DNA of 64,000 nt, from NCBI RefSeq assembly GCF_051903065.1, contig NZ_CP178438.1. The stretch is one strand, 5' to 3'. The DNA is from Escherichia coli. GTDB lineage: Bacteria > Pseudomonadota > Gammaproteobacteria > Enterobacterales > Enterobacteriaceae. The number at the start of each line of letters is the position of its first letter. Within the stretch, counting starts at the first letter, position 1. The translations under genes were made by a program, and so were the position numbers. Positions 24,952 through 41,657 of this stretch are shown piece after piece. The notes beneath the pieces were generated by a model that saw only the letters and a program-made list of their open reading frames with translations, searched no databases and had not been told where the DNA came from.

Positions 24952-26055
24952 ATGACAAAAGTATTGCTGTCTCATCCCTCGCGCCCGGCGAGCCATAACT
25001 CAAGCCGCGCGATGGTGTGGGTGCGAAAAAATCTGTTCTCCAGCTGGAGCAATAGCCTGCTGACTATTGGCTGCATATGGTTGATGTGGGAACTGATCCC
25101 ACCGTTGCTGAACTGGGCATTTTTGCAGGCTAACTGGGTTGGCTCAACGCGTGCCGACTGCACAAAAGCCGGTGCCTGTTGGGTCTTCATCCACGAACGA
25201 TTTGGTCAGTTTATGTATGGACTTTACCCACACGACCAACGCTGGCGAATTAACCTGGCATTACTGATTGGCCTTGTGTCAATCGCACCAATGTTCTGGA
25301 AAATACTCCCGCATCGCGGTCGCTATATTGCGCTCTGGGCAGTGATTTACCCACTGATTGTCTGGTGGCTGATGTATGGCGGTTTTTTTGCTCTTGAGCG
25401 GGTTGAAACCCGGCAATGGGGCGGGCTGACGCTAACTTTAATTATTGCATCAGTTGGGATTGCGGGGGCGCTACCGTGGGGGATCTTACTGGCGTTAGGT
25501 CGCCGCTCCCATATGCCGATTGTGCGTATCTTATCGGTCATTTTTATCGAGTTCTGGCGCGGCGTACCGCTGATTACCGTATTGTTTATGTCTTCGGTCA
25601 TGCTGCCTTTGTTTATGGCAGAAGGCACCAGTATCGACAAACTGATCCGCGCGCTGGTTGGCGTGATCCTGTTTCAGTCAGCATATGTTGCGGAAGTCGT
25701 GCGAGGTGGATTACAGGCGCTGTCTAAAGGGCAATATGAAGCGGCAGAGTCGCTGGCGTTGGGTTACTGGAAAACTCAGGGGCTGGTTATTCTGCCACAG
25801 GCGTTGAAGCTGGTAATTCCTGGGCTGGTAAATACCATCATCGCACTCTTCAAAGATACCAGCCTGGTGATCATTATCGGGTTGTTCGATCTTTTCAGTA
25901 GCGTTCAGCAGGCAACCGTTGATCCCGCCTGGTTGGGTATGTCGACGGAAGGGTATGTTTTCGCCGCGCTGATCTACTGGATCTTCTGTTTCAGCATGTC
26001 ACGTTATAGCCAACATCTGGAAAAACGTTTTAACACCGGGCGTACACCGCATTGA
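24952..26055 (+). CDS. yhdY: Amino-acid ABC transporter permease
   Basis: Second ATG of ATGATG after AGGAG gives [18 protein letters not shown], 367 aa. Confidence 0.85.
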   Translation: MTKVLLSHPSRPASHNSSRAMVWVRKNLFSSWSNSLLTIGCIWLMWELIPPLLNWAFLQANWVGSTRADCTKAGACWVFIHERFGQFMYGLYPHDQRWRINLALLIGLVSIAPMFWKILPHRGRYIALWAVIYPLIVWWLMYGGFFALERVETRQWGGLTLTLIIASVGIAGALPWGILLALGRRSHMPIVRILSVIFIEFWRGVPLITVLFMSSVMLPLFMAEGTSIDKLIRALVGVILFQSAYVAEVVRGGLQALSKGQYEAAESLALGYWKTQGLVILPQALKLVIPGLVNTIIALFKDTSLVIIIGLFDLFSSVQQATVDPAWLGMSTEGYVFAALIYWIFCFSMSRYSQHLEKRFNTGRTPH

Positions 26056-26062
26056 GGACACT

Positions 26063-26821
26063 ATGAGCCAAATTTTACTGCAACCTGCTAACGCGATGAT
26101 TACGCTGGAAAACGTCAATAAATGGTATGGACAATTCCATGTTTTGAAAAATATAAATTTAACCGTGCAACCGGGAGAACGGATCGTTCTGTGTGGCCCT
26201 TCAGGTTCCGGTAAATCGACAACCATTCGTTGTATTAATCATCTGGAAGAACATCAACAGGGACGGATCGTGGTAGATGGCATCGAACTTAATGAAGATA
26301 TCCGCAATATTGAGCGCGTCAGGCAGGAAGTGGGAATGGTCTTTCAGCATTTCAATCTCTTCCCTCATCTGACCGTTCTACAGAACTGTACCCTGGCACC
26401 GATTTGGGTACGCAAGATGCCAAAGAAAGAGGCTGAAGCTCTGGCGATGCATTACCTTGAGCGGGTGAGAATTGCCGAACATGCGCATAAGTTTCCCGGA
26501 CAGATTTCAGGTGGTCAGCAGCAACGCGTTGCCATTGCGCGCTCGCTGTGTATGAAGCCGAAAATTATGTTGTTTGATGAGCCCACATCGGCGCTCGATC
26601 CGGAGATGGTGAAAGAGGTGCTGGATACGATGATTGGGCTGGCGCAATCGGGTATGACAATGTTGTGTGTAACCCATGAGATGGGGTTTGCGCGAACCGT
26701 CGCTGACCGGGTGATTTTTATGGATCGTGGCGAAATAGTGGAGCAAGCTGCACCGGATGAGTTTTTTGCGCATCCTAAGTCAGAGCGTACGAGGGCATTT
26801 TTATCGCAGGTAATCCATTAA
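26063..26821 (+). CDS. yhdZ: Amino-acid ABC transporter ATP-binding protein
   Basis: 252-aa ORF with Walker [10 protein letters not shown], signature [13 protein letters not shown] and Walker [12 protein letters not shown]. Confidence 0.9.
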   Translation: MSQILLQPANAMITLENVNKWYGQFHVLKNINLTVQPGERIVLCGPSGSGKSTTIRCINHLEEHQQGRIVVDGIELNEDIRNIERVRQEVGMVFQHFNLFPHLTVLQNCTLAPIWVRKMPKKEAEALAMHYLERVRIAEHAHKFPGQISGGQQQRVAIARSLCMKPKIMLFDEPTSALDPEMVKEVLDTMIGLAQSGMTMLCVTHEMGFARTVADRVIFMDRGEIVEQAAPDEFFAHPKSERTRAFLSQVIH

Positions 26822-26844
26822 TTGAATGTTAGTTCGAAAAGCAT

Positions 26845-26870
26845 AAAGGCCATCCTTTCGGATGGCCTTT
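26845..26870. terminator. Perfect palindromic hairpin aaaggccatcctttcggatggccttt, likely bidirectional terminator (yhdZ on +, rrn operon on -)
   Basis: Inverted repeat read directly, between convergent yhdZ and rrfF. Confidence 0.6.
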
Positions 26871-27010
26871 CGCTTGATTTGATGTCTGGCAGTTTATGGC
26901 GGGCGTCCTGCCCGCCACCCTCCGGGCCGTTGCTTCGCAACGTTCAAATCCGCTCCCGGCGGATTTGTCCTGGTTGGGAGAGTGTTCACCGACAAACAAC
27001 AGATAAAACA

Positions 27011-27040
27011 AAAGGCCCAGTCTTCCGACTGAGCCTTTTG
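27011..27040 (-). terminator. rrn operon terminator hairpin (T1-like)
   Basis: aaaggcccagtcttccgactgagcctttt flanked by A/T runs, immediately 3' of the 5S gene on the minus strand; resembles the rrnB T1 region. Confidence 0.6.
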
Positions 27041-27049
27041 TTTTATTTG

Positions 27050-27169
27050 ATGTCTGGCAGTTCCCTACTCTCGCATGGGGAGTCCCCACACTACCATCGG
27101 CGCTACGGCGTTTCACTTCTGAGTTCGGCATGGGGTCAGGTGGGACCACCGCGCTACTGCCGCCAGACA
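27050..27169 (-). rRNA. rrfF: 5S rRNA, distal copy
   Basis: 120-nt match to reverse complement of E. coli 5S rRNA, with a few variant positions. Confidence 0.9.
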
Positions 27170-27206
27170 AATTCTTTTCTAATCTGCCGAACTTTAACCT
27201 AAAAAG

Positions 27207-27282
27207 TGGTGCTGATACCCAGAGTCGAACTGGGGACCTCACCCTTACCAAGGGTGCGCTCTACCAACTGAGCCATATCAGC
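27207..27282 (-). tRNA. thrV: tRNA-Thr
   Basis: Reverse complement reads GCTGATATGGCTCAGTTGGTAGAGCGCACCCTTGGTAAGGGTGAGGTCCCCAGTTCGACTCTGGGTATCAGCACCA (76 nt). Confidence 0.9.
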
Positions 27283-27294
27283 ACGCTAAATTTG

Positions 27295-27414
27295 ATGCCT
27301 GGCAGTTCCCTACTCTCGCATGGGGAGACCCCACACTACCATCGGCGCTACGGCGTTTCACTTCTGAGTTCGGCATGGGGTCAGGTGGGACCACCGCGCT
27401 ACGGCCGCCAGGCA
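27295..27414 (-). rRNA. rrfD: 5S rRNA
   Basis: 120-nt match to reverse complement of E. coli 5S rRNA. Confidence 0.9.
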
Positions 27415-27506
27415 AATTCTGTTTTATCAGACCGCTTCTGCGTTCTGATTTAATCTGTATCAGGCCGAAAATCTTCTCTCATCCGCCAAAACAGCTTCGG
27501 CGTTGT

Positions 27507-30409
<2,903 letters not shown>

Positions 30410-30592
30410 TCACAACCCGAAGATGTTTCTTTCGATTCATCATCGTGTTGCGAAAATTTGAGAGACTCACGAACAACTCTCGTTGTTCAGTGTTTCAATT
30501 TTCAGCTTGATCCAGATTTTTAAAGAGCAAAACTTCGCAGTGAACCTTTGCAGGTACACTCTGAAGTATTTTTTATTTAATCACTACAGAGA

Positions 30593-30668
30593 TGGTGGAG
30601 CTATGCGGGATCGAACCGCAGACCTCCTGCGTGCAAAGCAGGCGCTCTCCCAGCTGAGCTATAGCCCC
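30593..30668 (-). tRNA. alaU: tRNA-Ala (16S-23S spacer)
   Basis: Reverse complement reads GGGGCTATAGCTCAGCTGGGAGAGCGCCTGCTTTGCACGCAGGAGGTCTGCGGTTCGATCCCGCATAGCTCCACCA. Confidence 0.9.
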
Positions 30669-30710
30669 ATAACATGTAGTTAAAACCTCTTCAAATTTGC
30701 CGTGCAAATT

Positions 30711-30787
<77 letters not shown>

Positions 30788-30855
30788 GTAGAGGTTTTAC
30801 TGCTCATTTTCATCAGACAATCTGTGTGAGCACTGCAAAGTACGCTTCTTTAAGG

Positions 30856-32397
<1,542 letters not shown>

Positions 32398-32549
32398 AAA
32401 AGTTTGATGCTCAAAGAATTAAACTTCGTAATGAATTACGTGTTCACTCTTGAGACTTGGTATTCATTTTTCGTCTTGCGACGTTAAGAATCCGTATCTT
32501 CGAGTGCCCACACAGATTGTCTGATAAATTGTTAAAGAGCAGTTGCGAC

Positions 32550-32860
32550 GCGGCTTTCAGCTCACTGTCGCGAGGTGGCGTATATTACGCTTTCCTCTTT
32601 CAGAGTCAACCCTGAATTTCAGGATTTTTTCTCTTCGTTGTTCCGACCATCCTGTGAAGTGTTTCACGTTGTCGTCTCAACGGAGGCGCATTATAGGGAT
32701 CCCAATTTTTTGCACAAGTATTTTTTTGATCTTTTTTTCTGTTTGTTGTTTTTTCACCCTTTTTGCTGCAATCGCACACAAAACGGTGCTTTTTTGCATA
32801 CTAAAAGACTTGCACAAGGCCAATAATGCCCCCAAAGTCATTAGTAAATCATTTATTGCT
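32550..32860 (-). promoter_or_regulatory. rrn operon promoter region: P1 (-35 TTGTGC at 32712-32717, -10 TATAAT at 32690-32695, GCGCC discriminator), candidate P2 (~32565-32590), AT-rich UP/Fis-site region upstream
   Basis: rc of 32685-32720 reads CTTGTGCAAAAAATTGGGATCCCTATAATGCGCCTCC; T/A tracts at 32720-32800. Confidence 0.7.
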
Positions 32861-32869
32861 GAGGTAAGT

Positions 32870-33424
32870 ATGTCTGATGTTTTACGCCCATACCGCGATC
32901 TTTTTCCACAAATCGGTCAGCGCGTAATGATCGACGATAGCAGTGTCGTGATTGGTGACGTTCGTCTGGCTGATGATGTGGGGATCTGGCCGCTCGTTGT
33001 GATTCGTGGAGATGTACATTATGTACAGATCGGAGCACGCACCAATATCCAGGATGGCAGTATGTTGCATGTCACTCATAAATCCTCATACAACCCAGAT
33101 GGCAACCCATTAACCATTGGCGAAGATGTCACTGTTGGTCACAAGGTGATGCTCCACGGCTGCACCATTGGCAATCGAGTTTTGGTTGGGATGGGCTCAA
33201 TTTTACTTGATGGCGCAATAGTAGAAGATGATGTGATGATTGGTGCGGGTAGTCTGGTCCCACAAAATAAACGGCTGGAGAGCGGATATCTGTATCTCGG
33301 TAGTCCCGTCAAACAGATCCGCCCGTTAAGTGATGAAGAGAAGGCTGGGTTACGCTATTCCGCGAATAATTACGTGAAATGGAAGGACGAATATCTGGAT
33401 CAGGGTAACCAGACCCAGCCTTGA
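32870..33424 (+). CDS. yrdA: Gamma-carbonic-anhydrase-like hexapeptide-repeat protein YrdA
   Basis: ORF-track ORF is artificially extended upstream through the rrn promoter; ATG at 32870 gives MSDVLRPYRDLFPQIGQRVMIDDSSVVIGDV (184 aa). Confidence 0.85.
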   Translation: MSDVLRPYRDLFPQIGQRVMIDDSSVVIGDVRLADDVGIWPLVVIRGDVHYVQIGARTNIQDGSMLHVTHKSSYNPDGNPLTIGEDVTVGHKVMLHGCTIGNRVLVGMGSILLDGAIVEDDVMIGAGSLVPQNKRLESGYLYLGSPVKQIRPLSDEEKAGLRYSANNYVKWKDEYLDQGNQTQP

Positions 33425-33657
33425 TCATCTTCACTTTGTTCCTGAATTAAGTTTTCCGCTTCTTCTTCCAGGTCCCAGCGATGCTGACGAAAACTCGCTA
33501 ACCACTGTTCTGGCGTATCTCCAGTAAAGCGATACGCCAGACTCTCGCCAGAGATCGCGCATGTCAGTTGCATGCCATTCACGAGAGCGGGAAAACATAC
33601 ACATTTTTTATTCTCGACCCACTCTTCTCTGTCCGGAAACTGGATGGCCTGATTCAC
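33400..33657 (-). CDS. yrdB: DUF1488 small protein YrdB
   Basis: 85-aa [44 protein letters not shown] start. Confidence 0.8.
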   Translation of the reverse strand: MNQAIQFPDREEWVENKKCVCFPALVNGMQLTCAISGESLAYRFTGDTPEQWLASFRQHRWDLEEEAENLIQEQSEDDQGWVWLP

Positions 33658-34472
33658 GCGGACAATTCCTCCTGCAATTGCTTTATAACTGGTTCTACAT
33701 CAGGCAGAACGCCATGCCAAAGAAGGAAGGCATGAGCCGCCTGTGCCACCAGCATTCCTAAACCATCAGCAGTACGCTTTGAGCCTCGCTGCTCACACCA
33801 TGCCAAAAAAGGAGTTTTTCCTTTCTGATAGAACATGTCATAGCAATAAATGCCTGGATGAATGAGCGATGACGGGATCGCCGGAATATCACCACTGATG
33901 CCACTGGATGTTGCATTAATAATGAGATCAAACTCATGACCTTCCAGTTCGTCCATACCCAACGTCTGAATACTGCCAGTGTGCGCAAACAATTTAGCCA
34001 ACTCTTCCGCGCGGGATACCGTTCGATTAGTGATTGTCACCGCACAGTCCAGGGAAAGAAGTGGCAGTAGTACGCCGCGAGATGCTCCACCAGCGCCGAT
34101 GAGCAGAATACGTAAACCAGGACGGATAAAAGACAGACGTTCCAGATCGCTTAACAAGCCTATACCATCGGTATTGTCCCCCAGCAGGCGTCCATCTTCT
34201 AAACGCTTGAGGGTATTAACTGCTCCAGCCAACGCTGCCCGTTCAGTAAGCTCATCCGCTCTGGCAAAAGCCTCTTCTTTAAAAGGCACCGTCACATTCG
34301 CACCTTTACCACCAGCACTAAAGAAAGCGTTCAGTGTGTTGACGAAATCATTGATGGGTGCCAACACGCGCCCATAGGGATGTTCAATATTCAGTTGCTG
34401 AGCAAATTGCTGATGAATGAATGGCGATTTGCTGTGGGCTATCGGATTACCAAAAACAGCATAGGTTTCCAT
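33654..34472 (-). CDS. aroE: Shikimate dehydrogenase
   Basis: Start at internal ATG gives [28 protein letters not shown] (272 aa). Confidence 0.9.
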   Translation of the reverse strand: METYAVFGNPIAHSKSPFIHQQFAQQLNIEHPYGRVLAPINDFVNTLNAFFSAGGKGANVTVPFKEEAFARADELTERAALAGAVNTLKRLEDGRLLGDNTDGIGLLSDLERLSFIRPGLRILLIGAGGASRGVLLPLLSLDCAVTITNRTVSRAEELAKLFAHTGSIQTLGMDELEGHEFDLIINATSSGISGDIPAIPSSLIHPGIYCYDMFYQKGKTPFLAWCEQRGSKRTADGLGMLVAQAAHAFLLWHGVLPDVEPVIKQLQEELSA

Positions 34473-34476
34473 TATG

Positions 34477-35049
34477 TTACCCCTGTCGAAACAGTTCACC
34501 CGTCAGGGCATCGCGGATTTCTGAAGGATTTAAACGCCCCCCCGTTTCACCAGGCACAACCGGGAACGCCGCGCCAAATTGTGCGCGAACTTCGTCTACT
34601 GTTCGACAAGGTGGCAATCCACTCAAGTTGGCACTGGTAGAAACCAGCGGTTTACCATAAGCTTGGCACAAAGCAACCACCAACGGATGGTCGGTGACTC
34701 GTACAGCAAGCGAATCAAAGCGGCCCGTCAACCAGCGCGGTGTTGTCGCAGGCGCGGGAAAGACAAAGGTGACTGGACCTGGCCAGCGGGAAAAAATGGT
34801 TTCACGCTGCGCGTCAGTCAACATGGTGTCATCAATATAGGGTTTAAGCTGCTCGTAATTTGCTGCGATTAAAATCAGCCCCTTATCAACCGGACGCTGT
34901 TTTAACTCCAACAGTCGCATCACTGCTGTTTCGCTATCAGGATCGCACCCAACACCGAAAACGGCTTCCGTTGGATAGGCGATGACACGTTCTTCATTGA
35001 GAACATCTATCGCAGCTGCGATAGCGTCTCCTTGCAGGTTATTATTCAC
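34477..35049 (-). CDS. tsaC: Threonylcarbamoyl-AMP synthase TsaC (YrdC)
   Basis: GTG start at 35049 gives (M)[36 protein letters not shown], 190 aa. Confidence 0.85.
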
Positions 35050-35053
35050 GTTA

Positions 35054-35596
35054 TTATTCCGCCGAAACCGGCTTTCCACATTGTTTACTGGCACAAAAGT
35101 GTTTTACACCCTGCGCGGTTTTCTTTTCGATGAGTAGCGGATAATGACACTCAGGGCATTCTCCAGCTATGGGTTTGAAGTTAATGGCAAATTGACACTC
35201 CGGGTAGCGATCACAGGAGTGAAATGTTTTGCCATAACGGGAGCGGCGCTGGACCAGATGGCCCGTCCGGCATTGGGGACATGTAATTGCTGTTTCGTCC
35301 GGTTTATCGATAAGTTCGGTATGTTCGCATTCAGGGTAGTTACTGCAACCAATAAACATACCAAAGCGTCCCTGGCGTAATACCAGATTTGCGCCACATG
35401 CAGGGCAAACCTGCCCCTCCAGAACTTTGACAATATGTCCATCCGCTGAAGATTTCAGAGGACGGACGTAGTCACACGCCGGATACTGTGAGCAGCCAAG
35501 AAACGGACCGTGTTTCCCGGATCGAATAACCAGTTCAGCCCCGCACTTTGGGCAGGACTCATTATTACGCACCGTGAACAGTGCTGATTTCGCCAT
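35054..35596 (-). CDS. yrdD: Zinc-ribbon DNA-binding protein YrdD (topoisomerase I C-terminal-domain-like)
   Basis: 180-aa ORF with repeated CPxCG / GCSxYPxC zinc-ribbon motifs. Confidence 0.8.
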   Translation of the reverse strand: MAKSALFTVRNNESCPKCGAELVIRSGKHGPFLGCSQYPACDYVRPLKSSADGHIVKVLEGQVCPACGANLVLRQGRFGMFIGCSNYPECEHTELIDKPDETAITCPQCRTGHLVQRRSRYGKTFHSCDRYPECQFAINFKPIAGECPECHYPLLIEKKTAQGVKHFCASKQCGKPVSAE

Positions 35597-35624
35597 AACA
35601 ACTTATGCTGAATTAAAGAAATGA

Positions 35625-36098
35625 TTAATGCAGCATACCTTCATTCACTTCAAAGAGTAATTCTTCCATTTGCTGGTACGCATTTTCGCAGCCCGGAATA
35701 TTGAACAACACCATCAGGATCACCCATTTCAGGTCTTCCAGGTCGAACTCTGCGGTATCCAGCGCGAGCACTCGCTCTATCACCATTTCACGGGTTTCAA
35801 GGTTAAGCACCTGAATTTGCTCAAGGAAAAGCAGAAAACCACGACAGCTGGCATCCAGTCTTTCACACTCCTCAGGGGTATAAATACGCATGGAGAGTGG
35901 ATCAGAGGCCAGTTGCATCGGTTCTGCCAGTCCTTCCTGATAATCCGCAAGCTTTTCCAGCCAAAGCAGGGCATTGTAGATATCTTCTCGATCAAATCCT
36001 GCGTCGGTAAGATCCTGTTCAAGTTTGTCTTGATCCACACGCAACTCAGCTTCTGTGTGAATATAGGTTTCAAACAAATACATTAGTACGTCGAACAT
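35625..36098 (-). CDS. smg: Smg protein (DUF494)
   Basis: 157-aa acidic [33 protein letters not shown]. Confidence 0.85.
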
Positions 36099-37194
36099 GG
36101 CATGCCCTCCTCAATCGGACATAGCCGCCGGGTACAGCTGCGATCCATCCTGCTAACTCCAGTTCGAGTAGTTGAGTAACTACCTCTGGCACAGGTTGGC
36201 CGGCACGTTCAGCGACGACGTCAACAGGTGTTACCTCATCTCCTACGTTAGCCAGGAGCTCAGGAAATGGCAATGCCACGTCTTCCTGATCTGGTGAATA
36301 AAATGAATTTTCAGGGGCGTCTGGCAACCAGTGCAATCCAAATTGCAAGTTTTCCAGAATTTCTTCCGGTTCCGTCACAAGAATCGCACCTTGTTTTATT
36401 AACCAGTGAGGCCCTTCGCTTCCCGGATTCCCTAATGGACCTGGCAAGGCAAAAACTTCACGCCCCTGCTCAAGCGCACAACGTGCTGTCACCAGCGAAC
36501 CACTGCGCAAAGCCGCTTCCACCACCAGTACACCTTTACTTAGACCACTGATAATGCGATTTCTTCGTGGGAAATTGTAAGCAAGGGGTGGAACATCGAG
36601 GGGAAATTCCGAGACAAGTGCCCCACCATGTTCAAGCAAACTGATAGCCAGTCGGGCATGGCGACGCGGATGAATGGTATTAAGTCCATTCCCCAATACA
36701 GCAATGCTGACGCCATTTACCTGTAAGGCCGCTTTATGCGCCACACCATCGATTCCACGCGCCAGTCCACTCGTAATTGTCACTCCACGCTTCGCCAGAG
36801 TTTCGCAAAATAATCGTCCCCATCGCTCGCCATACCATGAATGCGCCCGACTCCCCACTACGGCAAGCTGAAATGAATGCAGCGCGTGCAGTTCTCCTTC
36901 AACAAACAGTGCGCCGGGGTAATCTGTCGTCGCCAGAAGTTGAGGAGGATAAAATTCGCTGTCCGCAGGGATTAAATGATGGTTGGGTTGCTCCAACCAA
37001 CAAAGTGAGCTTTCGATACTCTTTCGTGGAAATGAAAGAAAGCGTTGTGCCTGCCGCAATGTAAGCCCTGTTTGCTGCAATACAACCGCATCAATATGCG
37101 ACTGTTTTGCCAGCCAGTGAGCGATACGGACCATATCATCGCCGTACAAGCTGCTGACGCTCATTAAACGCAGCCAAATTTCTGTATCGACCAT
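36070..37194 (-). CDS. dprA: DNA processing protein DprA (Smf)
   Basis: 374-aa [31 protein letters not shown]; overlaps smg start. Confidence 0.85.
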
Positions 37195-37323
37195 CCTTAT
37201 CTCCCTGCCATAAGCAGCCTTAGCAATCTTTGCGATTGGTCAGTGATGCTGTCAATCAGAGGGGGATTTGTCTAGAATAGAAGAAATAATCTTTCTAACT
37301 CCTGAACACATCTCTGGAGATTT

Positions 37324-37833
37324 ATGTCAGTTTTGCAAGTGTTACATATTCCGGACGAGCGGCTTCGCAAAGTTGCTAAACCGGTAGAAGAAGTGAATGC
37401 AGAAATTCAGCGTATCGTCGATGATATGTTCGAGACGATGTACGCAGAAGAAGGTATTGGCCTGGCGGCAACCCAGGTTGATATCCATCAACGTATCATT
37501 GTTATTGATGTTTCGGAAAACCGTGACGAACGGCTGGTGTTAATCAATCCGGAGCTTTTAGAAAAAAGCGGCGAAACAGGCATTGAAGAAGGATGCCTGT
37601 CGATCCCTGAACAACGTGCTTTAGTGCCACGCGCAGAGAAAGTTAAAATTCGCGCCCTGGACCGCGACGGTAAACCATTTGAACTGGAAGCAGATGGTCT
37701 GTTAGCCATCTGTATTCAGCATGAGATGGATCACCTGGTCGGCAAACTGTTTATGGATTATCTGTCACCGCTGAAACAACAACGTATTCGTCAGAAAGTT
37801 GAAAAACTGGATCGTCTGAAAGCCCGGGCTTAA
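37324..37833 (+). CDS. def: Peptide deformylase
   Basis: 169-aa [28 protein letters not shown] with [14 protein letters not shown] and HEMDH motifs. Confidence 0.95.
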
Positions 37834-37847
37834 GGATAAGAACTAAC

Positions 37848-38795
37848 GTGTCAGAATCACTACGTATTATTTTTGCGGGTACACCTGACTTTGCAGCGCG
37901 TCATCTCGACGCGCTGTTGTCTTCTGGTCATAACGTCGTTGGCGTGTTCACCCAGCCAGACCGACCGGCAGGACGCGGTAAAAAACTGATGCCCAGCCCG
38001 GTTAAAGTTCTGGCTGAGGAAAAAGGTCTGCCCGTTTTTCAACCTGTTTCCCTGCGTCCACAAGAAAACCAGCAACTGGTCGCCGATCTACAGGCTGATG
38101 TTATGGTTGTCGTCGCCTATGGCTTAATTCTGCCTAAAGCAGTGCTGGAGATGCCGCGTCTTGGCTGTATCAACGTTCATGGTTCACTGCTGCCACGCTG
38201 GCGCGGTGCTGCACCAATCCAACGCTCACTATGGGCGGGTGATGCAGAAACTGGTGTGACCATTATGCAAATGGATGTTGGTTTAGACACCGGTGACATG
38301 CTCTATAAGCTCTCCTGCCCGATTACTGCAGAAGATACCAGTGGTACGCTGTACGACAAGCTGGCAGAGCTTGGCCCACAAGGGCTTATCACCACGTTGA
38401 AACAATTGGCAGACGGCACGGCGAAACCAGAAGTTCAGGACGAAACTCTTGTCACTTACGCCGAGAAGTTGAGTAAAGAAGAAGCGCGTATTGACTGGTC
38501 ACTTTCGGCAGCACAGCTTGAACGCTGCATTCGTGCTTTCAATCCATGGCCAATGAGCTGGCTGGAAATTGAAGGACAGCCGGTTAAAGTCTGGAAAGCG
38601 TCGGTCATTGATACGGCAACCAACGCTGCACCAGGAACGATCCTTGAAGCCAACAAACAAGGCATTCAGGTTGCGACTGGTGATGGAATCCTGAACCTGC
38701 TCTCGTTACAACCTGCGGGTAAGAAAGCGATGAGCGCGCAAGACCTCCTGAATTCTCGTCGGGAATGGTTTGTTCCGGGCAACCGTCTGGCCTGA
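37848..38795 (+). CDS. fmt: Methionyl-tRNA formyltransferase
   Basis: 315-aa ORF (M)[48 protein letters not shown] start. Confidence 0.95.
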   Translation: MSESLRIIFAGTPDFAARHLDALLSSGHNVVGVFTQPDRPAGRGKKLMPSPVKVLAEEKGLPVFQPVSLRPQENQQLVADLQADVMVVVAYGLILPKAVLEMPRLGCINVHGSLLPRWRGAAPIQRSLWAGDAETGVTIMQMDVGLDTGDMLYKLSCPITAEDTSGTLYDKLAELGPQGLITTLKQLADGTAKPEVQDETLVTYAEKLSKEEARIDWSLSAAQLERCIRAFNPWPMSWLEIEGQPVKVWKASVIDTATNAAPGTILEANKQGIQVATGDGILNLLSLQPAGKKAMSAQDLLNSRREWFVPGNRLA

Positions 38796-38840
38796 TAGTC
38801 CACTCTTCTAAGCCCGGTCTTGCCGGGCATTTTTATACTT

Positions 38841-40130
38841 ATGAAAAAACAACGTAATTTACGTAGCATGGCGGCCCAGGCCGTTGAACAAGTCGTCGAG
38901 CAAGGGCAATCATTAAGCAACATTCTGCCACCGCTCCAGCAAAAAGTTTCCGATAAAGACAAAGCACTTCTTCAAGAGTTGTGCTTTGGCGTACTGCGTA
39001 CGCTTTCGCAGTTAGACTGGCTGATTAATAAGTTAATGGCCCGTCCGATGACCGGCAAACAGCGGACCGTGCATTACCTGATTATGGTTGGTTTGTATCA
39101 ACTGCTTTATACCCGCATTCCACCTCATGCTGCGCTGGCTGAAACGGTTGAAGGCGCTATCGCAATTAAGCGTCCGCAACTTAAAGGGTTGATAAACGGT
39201 GTATTACGCCAGTTCCAGCGTCAGCAAGAAGAGTTATTAGCCGAGTTTAATGCCAGTGATGCACGTTATCTGCATCCTTCCTGGTTGCTGAAGCGTCTGC
39301 AAAAAGCGTATCCAGAGCAGTGGCAATCCATCGTCGAAGCCAATAACCAGCGTCCGCCAATGTGGCTGCGCGTTAATCGTACGCATCATTCCCGCGACAG
39401 CTGGCTTGCATTGCTGGATGAAGCAGGAATGAAAGGTTTCCCGCATGCGGATTACCCTGATGCTGTACGTCTGGAAACACCTGCACCTGTTCATGCGCTA
39501 CCTGGTTTTGAAGACGGATGGGTTACCGTTCAGGATGCATCAGCACAAGGTTGCATGACCTGGCTTGCGCCACAAAACGGTGAACACATTTTGGATCTTT
39601 GTGCCGCCCCCGGCGGTAAAACAACGCATATCCTTGAGGTGGCACCAGAAGCGCAGGTTGTTGCGGTTGATATCGACGAACAGCGCCTCTCTCGGGTTTA
39701 CGACAATTTAAAACGCCTTGGTATGAAGGCGACCGTGAAACAAGGTGATGGCCGTTACCCTTCTCAATGGTGTGGCGAGCAACAGTTTGATCGCATTTTA
39801 TTAGATGCGCCTTGTTCAGCAACCGGTGTGATTCGTCGCCATCCGGATATTAAATGGTTACGTCGCGATCGCGATATCCCAGAACTCGCGCAATTGCAGT
39901 CTGAAATTCTCGACGCCATTTGGCCGCATTTAAAATCCGGTGGAACCCTGGTCTATGCCACCTGTTCGGTGTTACCGGAAGAGAATAGCCTGCAGATTAA
40001 AGCCTTTTTGCAACGTACCGCTGATGCCGAACTTTGCGAAACAGGAACACCAGAGCAACCGGGTAAACAAAATCTGCCTGGTGCCGAAGAGGGCGACGGC
40101 TTCTTTTACGCTAAGCTAATCAAAAAGTGA
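38841..40130 (+). CDS. rsmB: 16S rRNA m5C967 methyltransferase RsmB
   Basis: ATG at 38841 gives [27 protein letters not shown] (429 aa). Confidence 0.9.
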   Translation: MKKQRNLRSMAAQAVEQVVEQGQSLSNILPPLQQKVSDKDKALLQELCFGVLRTLSQLDWLINKLMARPMTGKQRTVHYLIMVGLYQLLYTRIPPHAALAETVEGAIAIKRPQLKGLINGVLRQFQRQQEELLAEFNASDARYLHPSWLLKRLQKAYPEQWQSIVEANNQRPPMWLRVNRTHHSRDSWLALLDEAGMKGFPHADYPDAVRLETPAPVHALPGFEDGWVTVQDASAQGCMTWLAPQNGEHILDLCAAPGGKTTHILEVAPEAQVVAVDIDEQRLSRVYDNLKRLGMKATVKQGDGRYPSQWCGEQQFDRILLDAPCSATGVIRRHPDIKWLRRDRDIPELAQLQSEILDAIWPHLKSGGTLVYATCSVLPEENSLQIKAFLQRTADAELCETGTPEQPGKQNLPGAEEGDGFFYAKLIKK

Positions 40131-40151
40131 TGAGATAACGGGTCGCGACTG

Positions 40152-41528
40152 ATGAAAATTATCATTCTGGGTGCCGGCCAGGTTGGCGGCACACTGGCGG
40201 AAAACCTGGTTGGCGAGAACAACGATATTACTGTTGTCGATACCAACGGTGAGCGTCTGCGGACCTTACAGGATAAATTTGACCTGCGGGTCGTGCAGGG
40301 GCATGGCTCTCATCCACGCGTATTGCGGGAGGCAGGTGCCGACGACGCCGATATGCTGGTTGCTGTAACCAGTTCAGATGAAACCAATATGGTTGCCTGC
40401 CAGGTAGCCTACTCACTTTTCAACACCCCTAATCGCATCGCTCGTATCCGCTCACCAGACTACGTGCGCGATGCCGATAAGCTATTTCATTCAGATGCTG
40501 TGCCGATTGATCATCTGATCGCACCAGAGCAGTTGGTTATCGATAATATTTACCGACTGATTGAGTATCCCGGCGCATTGCAGGTGGTGAACTTCGCTGA
40601 GGGTAAAGTCAGCCTGGCTGTGGTTAAAGCCTATTATGGCGGCCCGCTGATTGGTAATGCACTTTCGACCATGCGCGAACATATGCCACATATCGATACT
40701 CGTGTGGCAGCAATTTTCCGCCACGATCGCCCCATTCGTCCGCAAGGTTCGACCATTGTTGAAGCTGGTGATGAAGTGTTCTTTATTGCCGCTTCACAGC
40801 ATATCCGCGCGGTGATGAGTGAATTACAGCGACTAGAAAAACCGTATAAGCGGATCATGCTGGTTGGTGGCGGTAATATCGGTGCAGGGCTGGCGCGTCG
40901 TCTGGAAAAAGATTACAGCGTTAAACTCATCGAACGTAATCAGCAGCGCGCTGCCGAACTGGCGGAAAAGTTACAGAATACGATCGTCTTTTTTGGTGAT
41001 GCGTCGGATCAAGAACTGCTGGCCGAAGAACATATCGATCAAGTTGATCTGTTTATTGCCGTCACCAACGATGACGAGGCCAATATCATGTCCGCCATGC
41101 TTGCCAAACGTATGGGTGCGAAAAAGGTGATGGTATTGATCCAGCGTCGCGCTTATGTGGATCTGGTTCAGGGGAGCGTAATCGATATTGCGATTTCACC
41201 ACAACAAGCAACTATTTCTGCGTTGCTTAGCCATGTGCGAAAAGCAGATATTGTTGGTGTTTCCTCATTGCGCCGCGGCGTAGCAGAAGCTATTGAAGCC
41301 GTTGCTCACGGTGATGAAAGCACCTCACGCGTTGTCGGCAGAGTCATTGACGAAATCAAGCTACCGCCAGGAACGATTATTGGAGCGGTGGTACGTGGAA
41401 ACGACGTGATGATTGCCAATGACAATCTGCGCATTGAGCAAGGCGATCACGTAATTATGTTCCTCACAGATAAAAAATTTATTACCGACGTCGAAAGACT
41501 CTTCCAGCCAAGCCCTTTCTTCTTGTAA
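40152..41528 (+). CDS. trkA: Trk potassium uptake system NAD-binding protein TrkA
   Basis: 458-aa [33 protein letters not shown], tandem Rossmann/RCK domains. Confidence 0.9.
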   Translation: MKIIILGAGQVGGTLAENLVGENNDITVVDTNGERLRTLQDKFDLRVVQGHGSHPRVLREAGADDADMLVAVTSSDETNMVACQVAYSLFNTPNRIARIRSPDYVRDADKLFHSDAVPIDHLIAPEQLVIDNIYRLIEYPGALQVVNFAEGKVSLAVVKAYYGGPLIGNALSTMREHMPHIDTRVAAIFRHDRPIRPQGSTIVEAGDEVFFIAASQHIRAVMSELQRLEKPYKRIMLVGGGNIGAGLARRLEKDYSVKLIERNQQRAAELAEKLQNTIVFFGDASDQELLAEEHIDQVDLFIAVTNDDEANIMSAMLAKRMGAKKVMVLIQRRAYVDLVQGSVIDIAISPQQATISALLSHVRKADIVGVSSLRRGVAEAIEAVAHGDESTSRVVGRVIDEIKLPPGTIIGAVVRGNDVMIANDNLRIEQGDHVIMFLTDKKFITDVERLFQPSPFFL

Positions 41529-41530
41529 TT

Positions 41531-41556
41531 AATAAGGCGTCTAATGACGCCTTATT
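41531..41556 (+). terminator. Candidate terminator after trkA
   Basis: aataaggcgtctaatgacgccttatt inverted repeat followed by T-rich tract. Confidence 0.5.
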
Positions 41557-41657
41557 ATTTCCCTTTGATTATCAAGGATTAATTAAATTCATTCCTGGCA
41601 GGAAAATGGCTTAACATTTGTTAGACTTATGGTTGTCGGCTTCATAGGGAGAATAAC

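Noticed and set aside
32543-32869. Upstream extension of the yrdA ORF (ORF track reports a 293-aa ORF starting at 32543)
   Set aside because: The extension runs through the rrn promoter/UP-element region and has no protein-like composition; the ATG at 32870 gives the recognised YrdA N-terminus.
33400-33657. yrdB overlapping the 3' end of yrdA, considered as a possible toxin-antitoxin pair
   Set aside because: Both are conserved housekeeping-locus genes at the same position in E. coli, convergent rather than co-transcribed, with no TA-family motifs.
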